From the IMG/VR virus record IMGVR_UViG_3300045391_001377, positions 1 through 15,320 of that record: a stretch of 15,320 nucleotides of DNA; one strand, written 5' to 3'. Source of the stretch: a virus. This document shows, piece after piece, positions 1 to 6,536 of this stretch. Position 1 is the stretch's first letter; every line of letters begins with the position of its first letter. The translations under genes were made by a program, and so were the position numbers. The notes beneath the pieces are model-generated. The model made no database searches and was not told the origin of the DNA. It was given only the letters and a program-made list of their open reading frames with translations.

Positions 1-70
1 CGATCCGCACAACGTCACCGCGTCGGCAGGCATGGCCGATCGCGCTCCGACGACGTTCTCGACGACCCAG
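1..70. repeat. Terminal direct repeat, copy 1. It is identical to 15251-15320 and is interpreted as circular-contig overlap, giving a unique length of 15,250 bp.
   Basis: Direct comparison of the two 70-nt strings shows identity running exactly to both window edges. The methyltransferase ORF is only complete when the ends are joined. Confidence 0.95.
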
Positions 71-372
71 GGCACCGACAGCGACGCGAACCGTTCAAGC
101 GTCGGCGTGAGCAGGTCGGTGTTCCAGTCGAACAGTCTGGCGTGTCGCCGGTTGGGGCCGTTCATCGTCGAGAACCGTTCGCACGGCGGCGACGCGTGCA
201 CGGCGTCGAACCCGGACAGATCGAACGACATCGCATCGGCGCGGACGAACGTGAACGGGTAGTCCGGTTGATCGACCCAGTCGACGCCGACGACGTCGAA
301 CCCGGCCCGGTGATACCCCATGGCGGCGCCGCCGCCGCAACAGAACAGGTCGACGAGCTTGGGACGGGTCAC
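1..372 (-). CDS. DNA (cytosine-5)-methyltransferase, N-terminal part. The gene wraps the junction and continues at 15250..14930. The full gene is 693 nt, 230 aa.
   Basis: My own minus-strand translation from GTG 372 reads VTRPKLVDLFCCGGGAAMGYHRAGFDVVGVD...VHASPPCERFS...PWVVENVVGA. This gives motif I (DLFCxGGG), motif IV (PPC) and motif VI (ENV) in canonical order. GTG 372-370 overlaps TGA 371-369 of the upstream ORF. The ORF is absent from the ORF track because it runs off the window edge. Confidence 0.85.
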   Translation of the reverse strand, partial: MTRPKLVDLFCCGGGAAMGYHRAGFDVVGVDWVDQPDYPFTFVRADAMSFDLSGFDAVHASPPCERFSTMNGPNRRHARLFDWNTDLLTPTLERFASLSVPWVVENVVGARSAMPADAVTLCGS

Positions 373-704
373 GGCGCCACCTGCTCGCACTGGAGCACGG
401 TCCCAGACGGCAGGCCGCCGGCGGCCGGGTTCACAGCGGCGACGTCGACGGCGACGCCGTTGGCGATCCAGTCCGCCAGGTCGGCCGGGTCCGGTGTGAT
501 CGGGTGGCACGCGATCGCGGTGCCGGCCGCCGGCACGTTGGGGTACGCGATCACGTTGGGGATGGGCTCGGGCGTCTGGGCCGGTGGCAGCACCGGCGCC
601 GGTGGGGGATCGTCGACCGCCGGCGGCGTCACGATCGCGGGCACGCCGTAACAGCCGGACAGGGCGGCGACGGCGACGAGTGCGAGAACAGCCCGGCGGA
701 TCAT
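369..704 (-). CDS. Secreted lipoprotein, 111 aa, function unknown.
   Basis: The N-terminus MIRRAVLALVAVAALSGC has a basic n-region, a hydrophobic core and a lipobox L-S-G-C. The mature part is Pro-rich. It has an ATGA overlap with the upstream ORF (701-704) and a GTGA overlap with the downstream methyltransferase (369-372). Confidence 0.7.
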   Translation of the reverse strand: MIRRAVLALVAVAALSGCYGVPAIVTPPAVDDPPPAPVLPPAQTPEPIPNVIAYPNVPAAGTAIACHPITPDPADLADWIANGVAVDVAAVNPAAGGLPSGTVLQCEQVAP

Positions 705-940
705 TGCGGCGCGCCCATGTCGACGGCGGTCACGATGGCCGGCAGCACGTGCAACAGTTCGGGGCCGTGCGGTTCAGAGATGCACCGGTGAACGGTCGTG
801 TTGCCGTCCTCGTCGGTCACGACGATCTCAGCGCCGCACTCGGCGGCGGCCCGGGCGGCCCGGTCAGCGAGATCGTTCAGCTCGGCGTCGGCGGTGACGT
901 CGTCGTGAGTAGGTTCGGGTGGTGATGTGTGTGTGTTCAT
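701..940 (-). CDS. Hypothetical acidic protein, 79 aa. It is the first gene after the terminator and intergenic region.
   Basis: ATG at 940. The amino-acid composition is normal and not Arg-rich. It is coupled to the lipoprotein gene by an ATGA overlap. I see no clear Shine-Dalgarno sequence. Confidence 0.55.
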   Translation of the reverse strand: MNTHTSPPEPTHDDVTADAELNDLADRAARAAAECGAEIVVTDEDGNTTVHRCISEPHGPELLHVLPAIVTAVDMGAPQ

Positions 941-1028
941 GGGTCACGTTGTTACACCATTCAGACCGGCGAGCGGTGGAATCTTGACCAAACATTGTCA
1001 CACCCGCCCATAATCTCGGTTATGTCGC

Positions 1029-1090
1029 GCCGTGTTTGGGTGCGGAGACGAACACGCCGGCCGTGTTTGTCTGCGCGGAGACGTACAACG
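1029..1090. repeat. Two tandem imperfect direct repeats (1029-1056 and 1060-1090) in the main intergenic region.
   Basis: The copies are GCCGTGTTTGGGTGCGGAGACGAACACG and GCCGTGTTTGTCTGCGCGGAGACGTACAACG. The shared blocks are GCCGTGTTTG and GCGGAGACG. Confidence 0.7.
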
Positions 1091-1124
1091 GCGGCCCATG
1101 TTTCACGTGAAACATGGGCCGCCG
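1089..1124 (-). terminator. Perfect 36-bp palindrome (18-bp arms). It is a probable intrinsic, possibly bidirectional, terminator ending the structural operon.
   Basis: CGGCGGCCCATGTTTCAC|GTGAAACATGGGCCGCCG equals its own reverse complement. It lies 12 nt downstream of the stop codon (1137-1139) of the last tail gene. There is no clear U-tract. Confidence 0.55.
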
Positions 1125-1136
1125 GGCGGTGCTCGA

Positions 1137-1808
1137 TCAGGTGAACGTACTCGCGGCGTCGTAGCTCCAGCTGGCGCCGATCTGGTCGCCGGCGGCCAGG
1201 GCGGCCGTGAAATCGACGGCGCCGAGATAACCGTCGGTGTTGCTGTGCTGGGTCAGCAGGATCACCTGGCCGGTGTTGTTCATCACGACCATGGCCCGGT
1301 ACTTGATCGCGGCCGATGAGTCGTAGATGAACGCCTGGCCGACGGGGGTTGCCGGGTTGTACCCAGACCGCCCGGAGATCGGCAGTGAGATCCCGATGAC
1401 ACTGCCGGCCGTGCCACCAGACGCACCGGTGTACGCGATGGTCATTTCGCACGTGATCCGCCGGCCGGTCCGCGTGTAGGACGGTTGGGCGCCCGTCGCG
1501 GCAAAGTTCGTCGTGGCCGCGTTCTGTTGCACGGTGGGCGTCCAGCTCGTCGGCCGGTTGTTCCCATAGATCAGCGATCGCCACGTGCCCGACACGCGGT
1601 GGAAGAACTGCGCGTCGGTCGACGCCTCGGCGGCCACGCGACAGATCGAACCGTCGTCGAGCCCGGACGAATCTCGGATGTCGATGGTGGCGAACCGGTG
1701 ACAGATCCGATAGGTGGCGTCCTGGCACCAGTCCGCGCTGACTTCGGATTCGAAGTCCGGGACGTTGGTCAGTTCTCCGATCGTGATTGGCGGTTGCGGT
1801 GTGGGCAT
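1137..1808 (-). CDS. Minor tail protein, probable receptor-binding or tail-fibre protein, 223 aa.
   Basis: It is the last gene of the tail module. GGAG lies 8 nt upstream of ATG 1808. The composition is Gly/Ser/Thr/Ala-rich and looks like a beta-sandwich. The call is by position and composition only. Confidence 0.55.
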   Translation of the reverse strand: MPTPQPPITIGELTNVPDFESEVSADWCQDATYRICHRFATIDIRDSSGLDDGSICRVAAEASTDAQFFHRVSGTWRSLIYGNNRPTSWTPTVQQNAATTNFAATGAQPSYTRTGRRITCEMTIAYTGASGGTAGSVIGISLPISGRSGYNPATPVGQAFIYDSSAAIKYRAMVVMNNTGQVILLTQHSNTDGYLGAVDFTAALAAGDQIGASWSYDAASTFT

Positions 1809-1809
1809 G

Positions 1810-3045
1810 TCAGATACTCCATAGCTCGTCGGTGTCGTACAGGTGGCCGGTGTCGTAGAGAATGGGCTGCAGGGCCGGGATCGCCCGGTTCAGCATGCAC
1901 GTCGTCACCCACTGGCCGCCGGCGGTCGCTTCGTGACGGACGCCGATGACGAGGGCCGGCAGGTCGATCGTCGTCGGCAAGGCCAGGTAGGCCGGTTGGG
2001 TCTGGCGGACGGTGACGCGGTCGAACAGGCGCACCTCGCACGCGACGGCCCAGATCCCGGCCTGGAGCGGGTCGAGCGCGTGGATTCGGAACCCTTTGGG
2101 GACGAGCTGGCCGGAGAGCGGCGCAGCGCGTTGCACGTAGGACGCGAGCCGGTCGCCGTCGGCCTGGGCGATCCATTGATGTTCGACTTGGCCGACGAGC
2201 GTTGTCCGCAGCGCCGGCGGTGTCGACCGCGAGTAGGTGGCGGTCAGGCCGGCCACGTTCTCGATCGTGACGGTGTCGGCCTGGGCGGCGTCGTTGGTGG
2301 TCAGCTCCAGATCCCAGACGATCCATGGTGCGTCGCAGTCCGTGGCGGACACGACCGGGATCTCGGGTTGATCCAGCCGGCCGCCGTACCACCGGCGGTC
2401 GTAGTAGCGCCAGGTGCCGTCGACGTCGACGAACGTCACGCCGCCGTCGGACTGGGCGACCGTGCGGGCCTCGTCGAGCGGTGTCCGTTCGCTGATCTGT
2501 TGGGACAGGGTGACGAGCCCCAGCTGGAACGACGTCGGGCCGGTGAACCCGATCCCGGTGGCGATGTCGGCCAGGCGTTCGCCGGGCCGGTCGCCGGCTT
2601 CGCCCACGTCGAGCTGGTACCCGATCGGGGCGGCCAGCTCGGCGGTGTCGTCGAACGCCGTCACCTTGATCGTCGAGCGGCCCAGATCGTCCCAGGCGGC
2701 GACACGGCCACGGAACAGCACACGATCGGTCACGCCGTCGGTCACCCAGCACACGACGTCGTTGCCGACGGCCCAGTCGACGAGCACGGCGTCGGCGTCG
2801 TAACGGTTCCATCGGCCGGCGTCGTTGCGGAGCGTGAACTCGATCCGGCCGGCCGGCACGTTGCCGTACACGTCGACGGTGCCCAGCTCGATCAGTAGGC
2901 CGGTCCAGTCGCACGTCGTGTCGACCCACGCGCCGCTGTTGTCGCGCACGGCGACCACCGGCCTGAACGGCCAGCCGTCGATCGTGGCGCCCGGTTCGAT
3001 CGTGTCGAGCACGACCGCCGGCAGGGCCTGATCGTCGTCGCGCAC
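1810..3045 (-). CDS. Minor tail protein, distal tail or baseplate hub-like, 411 aa.
   Basis: It lies immediately downstream of the tape measure gene (2-nt gap, GTG 3045). Size and position are typical of Dit/Tal-type proteins. No motif-level proof. Confidence 0.55.
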   Translation of the reverse strand: MRDDDQALPAVVLDTIEPGATIDGWPFRPVVAVRDNSGAWVDTTCDWTGLLIELGTVDVYGNVPAGRIEFTLRNDAGRWNRYDADAVLVDWAVGNDVVCWVTDGVTDRVLFRGRVAAWDDLGRSTIKVTAFDDTAELAAPIGYQLDVGEAGDRPGERLADIATGIGFTGPTSFQLGLVTLSQQISERTPLDEARTVAQSDGGVTFVDVDGTWRYYDRRWYGGRLDQPEIPVVSATDCDAPWIVWDLELTTNDAAQADTVTIENVAGLTATYSRSTPPALRTTLVGQVEHQWIAQADGDRLASYVQRAAPLSGQLVPKGFRIHALDPLQAGIWAVACEVRLFDRVTVRQTQPAYLALPTTIDLPALVIGVRHEATAGGQWVTTCMLNRAIPALQPILYDTGHLYDTDELWSI

Positions 3046-3047
3046 GA

Positions 3048-4847
3048 TCAGCGGCCGCCGTAGAGGGATCCGGAGCGTTGCCGTTCGGCGCCGGTGGCCC
3101 GGAGCACGTCGAGCCCGATCACACCGGTGGGCATGATGATGGTCGTTGTGCCGGCGGACTCGACGACGGGACCGCCGAACGCCTCGCGGCCGCCGAACGA
3201 GTCGACGAGCGGTCCGTTGCCGGATCCGTTGACGGCGCCGCCGACGCCGCCGGTCAGGATCGTGCGAACGAACAGATTGGTCGTGCGGGCCTTCTCCAGA
3301 TCGGCCAGCTGTTGCAAGGTCTGTTGGTAGTTCCCCTCGTCGATCTGGGCAACGATGTCGGTGACCTGCCGGGCCGGCAGCTTGAGCACTTCGGTCAGGT
3401 AGTCGGCGGCGGCCTGTTTGACGTCGGCCAGGGCGCGCTCGTGATCGCGGGCCTTGCGTTCGGCGTCGTCGGCCCCTTCCTCGGCGGCCGTCCAGGCCTC
3501 GACGGCCTTGTCGCCCAGCTCGTCGAACGCGTCGCGCACGTCGAGATACGCGGACCTGTCGGACAGTTTCGTGCGGAGCCGGTCGGCGGCGTCGGTGGCG
3601 TCGTCGAGCTTGCGCTGGGCACCTTCGGCGCCGCCGGCGAGAATGTCCAGGGCGGTCTTGGCGGTGCGGGTCTCACTGTCGAGCAGGGCCGCCTGGCGGG
3701 CCGTTTCCTCGGCGGTGGTACCGAACACGCGGGTCACGACCTCGGCGCGCTCCTGGGCCTTGCTGAACAGGTCCGCCTGTTGCACCGCGGCGGCGTAGAC
3801 CTCCCCGGCCTCTTTCGTCGGAACGTTCGCCGCCACGAGCGCTTCACGGAGCTTGTCGAGCCCGGGCGCGCCGGTGGTGGCCGCCTCGGTGAACTGTTGG
3901 ATCGACACGCCGGCGGCCGCCAGCGACGACGTCACGTCCTTGACCTGAACCGAGTCGAGCCCGACCAGGGCGCCCAGATCCAGCTCGATCTTGCCGGTTT
4001 CGGACAGGCGGACCGCGAGATCGTCGGCGGCGTCGACGCCACGACGGATCGCGTCGACGTAGCCGTCGACCTGTTCGGTGCGCCAGGCCCGCGTCTTGGC
4101 GATCGCTTCCTGTCGATCGTTGATCGCCTGGATCGCGAGTGAGATCCCGGCGATCGCACCGCCGGCGAGCGCCAGCTGTTTGATCGACGCCTCGCCGGCG
4201 AGCGCCCCTTCTGTCAGCTGGCCGACGGCCTCGGTCGCCGGGCCGAACGCGCCGGCGAGCCCGGGCAGCTCACCCACGGCGTTGCCGATGAACCCTCGTG
4301 TCGTGTCGTTGGCCTTCCCGGTCGCGGCGGTGTAGCCGTCGACTTCGACCTGGGCGGCGCGCATCGGTCCGCCGGCGGCGCCGGCCGGGCCGCCGGTCAA
4401 CGCGTTGAGATCCGCTTTCAGTTCGCGCAGGTTGGCTTGGGCGGCGGCTATCTGGGCCTCGACGACGATCCGTGCGTCGGCCGCAGCGAGCGCCTGTGCG
4501 GCGTCGAGCGTGGCTTTCAGGTCGGCGTCGGCGGTGCCGGTGTCGGCGGTGACGTCGACTGTCGGATCGGACTTGTCGAGCGTGTCGGCCTGGTCCGCGA
4601 GATCTTTCAGCTCGGCGTCGGCCTTGCCGGTGTCGGCGGTGACGTCGACCTCGGTCTGGCGGCCGTCGAGCTTGCGGGCGGCGTCGTCGACGTCGCCCAG
4701 GTCGTCGAGCGCGGCGGCGGTGTCGGCGTCGACGTCGACGACCGGTGAAGCCTTCTCCAGCTTGTCGACCTTGCCGGCGACCTCGTCGAGCTTGTCGCCG
4801 GCGGTGTCGTTCGCCCGTATGTCGATGTTGATCTGTTCGTCGCTCAC
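3048..4847 (-). CDS. Tape measure protein, 599 aa. The start is re-set to GTG 4847.
   Basis: It is the longest structural ORF. It has Ala/Asp/Glu-rich coiled-coil-like repeats and a central Gly/Ala hydrophobic stretch (GELPGLAGAFGP...LALAGGAIAGISLAIQAI). AGGTGA lies 7 nt upstream of GTG 4847, which overlaps TGA 4846-4844 of the upstream ORF. The ORF-track extension to 5042 is Arg-rich and overlaps the upstream gene. Confidence 0.85.
   Translation of the reverse strand: MSDEQINIDIRANDTAGDKLDEVAGKVDKLEKASPVVDVDADTAAALDDLGDVDDAARKLDGRQTEVDVTADTGKADAELKDLADQADTLDKSDPTVDVTADTGTADADLKATLDAAQALAAADARIVVEAQIAAAQANLRELKADLNALTGGPAGAAGGPMRAAQVEVDGYTAATGKANDTTRGFIGNAVGELPGLAGAFGPATEAVGQLTEGALAGEASIKQLALAGGAIAGISLAIQAINDRQEAIAKTRAWRTEQVDGYVDAIRRGVDAADDLAVRLSETGKIELDLGALVGLDSVQVKDVTSSLAAAGVSIQQFTEAATTGAPGLDKLREALVAANVPTKEAGEVYAAAVQQADLFSKAQERAEVVTRVFGTTAEETARQAALLDSETRTAKTALDILAGGAEGAQRKLDDATDAADRLRTKLSDRSAYLDVRDAFDELGDKAVEAWTAAEEGADDAERKARDHERALADVKQAAADYLTEVLKLPARQVTDIVAQIDEGNYQQTLQQLADLEKARTTNLFVRTILTGGVGGAVNGSGNGPLVDSFGGREAFGGPVVESAGTTTIIMPTGVIGLDVLRATGAERQRSGSLYGGR
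4470..4832 (-). repeat. Four tandem repeats of about 30 aa (90-nt period) in the tape measure N-terminus.
   Basis: The repeats are INIDIRANDTAGDKLDEVAGKVDKLEKASPV, VDVDADTAAALDDLGDVDDAARKLDGRQTE, VDVTADTGKADAELKDLADQADTLDKSDPT and VDVTADTGTADADLKATLDAAQALAAADAR. At the DNA level, GCCGGTGTCGGCGGTGACGTCGAC recurs at about 4536 and about 4626. Confidence 0.75.
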
Positions 4848-5287
4848 CGGCGGATCACCTCGTTTACGGCGTCGCGAAAGATCTGGGGAACGATCACTTC
4901 GGATCGCCGGCGGACGCGACGCCAGGCGCCGGCGCCGGCGGTACCGGGATGGGGCACGGTCATCGCTCGGAGCTTCGCATTCTTGCCACGCTTGCGCCGG
5001 CGGATCCGGTGCGGATCCGTGCCGGTGTTCACCCAGACCCACGCGGCCGGCGACACTCCCTGCACGCGGCAGAACGTCGACGTACCGCGTTGCTCGATCT
5101 TGTCGCGTGCGCGGAGCTTCAAGCCTCGACGCTTCTTGCCGGTCAGCCGGCCATCGCCACCGGACACCCGGGCGGCCTCTTCGTCGGCCACCTTCTTGAC
5201 CGCCCGGGCGGCGGCGATCATCCCGGACTTCGGGATCTCGCGCAGGTCGTCAGCTTTGCGGCGCAGCCGGATCGCGGCGCCGGCCAC
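4844..5287 (-). CDS. Highly basic 147-aa protein in the tail-assembly-chaperone slot. By eye its sequence looks more like an HK97 gp10-type neck or tail-completion protein.
   Basis: GTG 5287 has GAGG 7 nt upstream and lies 2 nt after the major tail gene stop. The C-terminal half reads WVWVNTGTDPHRIRRRKRGKNAKLRAMTVPHPGTAGAGAW, which resembles the GT-x-PH-x-I ... HPGT pattern I associate with the HK97 gp10 family. This was not verified by HMM. The ORF-track N-terminus up to 5647 overlaps the major tail gene and is Arg-rich. Confidence 0.5.
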   Translation of the reverse strand: MAGAAIRLRRKADDLREIPKSGMIAAARAVKKVADEEAARVSGGDGRLTGKKRRGLKLRARDKIEQRGTSTFCRVQGVSPAAWVWVNTGTDPHRIRRRKRGKNAKLRAMTVPHPGTAGAGAWRRVRRRSEVIVPQIFRDAVNEVIRR

Positions 5288-5289
5288 GA

Positions 5290-5733
5290 TCAGACCTCGG
5301 GCGGGTAGGTGATCGTCGGCCGGCCGGCGCAGTTCCATGTCGCCGTCGCCGCGGCGGCCGGGCCGCCGAACACGCCGCCGAACGCGCCCGGCGTCACGTA
5401 GGCCTGGCCGACGACCTTGGGTGCGTCGACGTCGGCCGACGTCGCGAGACTGAACCACTTCAGTTCGGACTCTTCGACGTACGCGTAGGCGGACAGGCCG
5501 CCGCCCGGGACGGACCAGTCTTGGAGCCAGTCGAGCTGGACCGCCCAGGCGGCCTTGCCGGGCAGGTTGGTCGCCGGCGCGCAGCCGGTCGCCGGGACCG
5601 CGTTCGACGACGGCGTCGGGATCAGCGTCGCCCGGTTGAGCTGGCACTGGAACGCTTCGCCGGCGGCGAGCCCGGCCTCGGTGTCAGCGACCTTGAAAAT
5701 CGGGTCGATCAGCTGGAGGTACTCGGTGGGCAT
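5290..5733 (-). CDS. Major tail (tube) protein, 147 aa.
   Basis: It sits between the neck genes and the tape measure. GAAAGG lies 6 nt upstream of ATG 5733. The composition is typical of small actinophage tail tube proteins. The call is by position. Confidence 0.6.
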   Translation of the reverse strand: MPTEYLQLIDPIFKVADTEAGLAAGEAFQCQLNRATLIPTPSSNAVPATGCAPATNLPGKAAWAVQLDWLQDWSVPGGGLSAYAYVEESELKWFSLATSADVDAPKVVGQAYVTPGAFGGVFGGPAAAATATWNCAGRPTITYPPEV

Positions 5734-5760
5734 GGTGGGCCTTTCGGTTCGGTGTGCGGG

Positions 5761-6162
5761 TCAGCACACGTTGGGGTATTCGATCACGACGTCGAACGTG
5801 ACGCCGGTGTGCTCGACGTCGCCCAGCAGGATCGCCGGCGACGTCGACCATGCCCAGCTCGTCGGGACGAGCCCGGCCGGCGGCCGCCGCCACGCCAGGG
5901 ACAGACGGTCGACGACGTCGACGACGGCGGCCGTCGTCGGGCCGGCCGGCCGGTTGCGGAACGCGACGATCGTCCGCACGGTGACCGTCAGGGCCGACGA
6001 CGTCGACGAGGCACGCCGGCCGGTGGGCAACTCGATCCAGGCGGCCGGCGCCGCGACGGTGTCCGGTTGGCCGCCCGGATGGATCGACAAGTCAGGGTCG
6101 TAGCCGTCGAGCGCGGCCGCCAGGTGGGCGTCGACCTTCGTCAGGATCTGGGCAACGGTCAT
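5761..6162 (-). CDS. Head-tail joining protein, stopper or tail-terminator-like, 133 aa. The start is re-set to ATG 6162.
   Basis: ATG 6162-6160 overlaps TGA 6161-6159 of the adaptor gene. The credible sequence starts MTVAQILTKVDAHLAAALDG. The 562-aa ORF-track version is an Arg-rich shadow upstream of this point. Confidence 0.5.
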   Translation of the reverse strand: MTVAQILTKVDAHLAAALDGYDPDLSIHPGGQPDTVAAPAAWIELPTGRRASSTSSALTVTVRTIVAFRNRPAGPTTAAVVDVVDRLSLAWRRPPAGLVPTSWAWSTSPAILLGDVEHTGVTFDVVIEYPNVC

Positions 6163-6533
6163 GCGATCGGCCAGGCCTTGACGAGCCGGAACGGTTCGCC
6201 GTCGACGACGAGCTCGTCGACGGACCGGATCAGCGCGAGCACCGGCGACGCCGGATCGGCGGACAGGCGGGCGGTGTAGTCCGCGACGACGAAGTAGCCG
6301 CCGGGCGTGTCGGGCCGGCGGTACAGATCCATGGCGATCGTCAACGCCGCCAGCTTGAACGGGTCCGGGATCTCGTCGGCGCCGGCGACCTGTGCGGCCG
6401 CGAGCGATCCCAGCACGTTGTCGACGATCACGTTCGCGGACGCGGCGGCCTGGGCCGATCGTGCGATCGGCCCAGGCCCGGTGACGCCCTGCGCGGTGGC
6501 GACGTCGGCGGCGGTGACGTACTCGACGGCCAC
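6159..6533 (-). CDS. Head-tail adaptor, gp6-like connector, 124 aa.
   Basis: It lies directly after the capsid gene (3-nt gap, GTG 6533). The segment IPDPFKLAALTIAMDLYRRPDTPGGY is typical of gp6-like adaptors. The call is by position plus pattern. Confidence 0.55.
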   Translation of the reverse strand: MAVEYVTAADVATAQGVTGPGPIARSAQAAASANVIVDNVLGSLAAAQVAGADEIPDPFKLAALTIAMDLYRRPDTPGGYFVVADYTARLSADPASPVLALIRSVDELVVDGEPFRLVKAWPIA

Positions 6534-6536
6534 GGA

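Noticed and set aside
1-70. The 70-bp terminal repeat as genuine direct terminal repeats of a linear genome, or as an LTR or IS boundary.
   Set aside because: The repeat falls in the middle of the methyltransferase ORF (ENV motif region). That ORF is intact only on the circularised molecule. Physical ends are more plausibly near the HNH/terS region.
941-1136. The intergenic region as attP, or evidence for a temperate lifestyle.
   Set aside because: No integrase, excisionase, partition or recognisable immunity repressor gene exists anywhere in the circle. I see no tRNA-like core sequence.
1032-1144. Small ORFs inside the intergenic hub on either strand: 929..1144 plus, 1032..1319 plus, and 31-33 codon minus-strand ORFs starting inside the palindrome.
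   Set aside because: They have no Shine-Dalgarno sequence, are Arg-rich or start within the hairpin stem, and show no coupling to neighbours.
4847-5042. The tape measure frame stays open 195 nt upstream of GTG 4847 and is the -1 frame of the 147-aa gene. A -1 frameshift could therefore fuse that protein to the tape measure, in G-T-like fashion.
   Set aside because: I could find no slippery heptamer in 4844..5287. The upstream extension is Arg-rich junk (RYRRRRRLASRPP...), and open alternative frames are expected by chance at this GC content.
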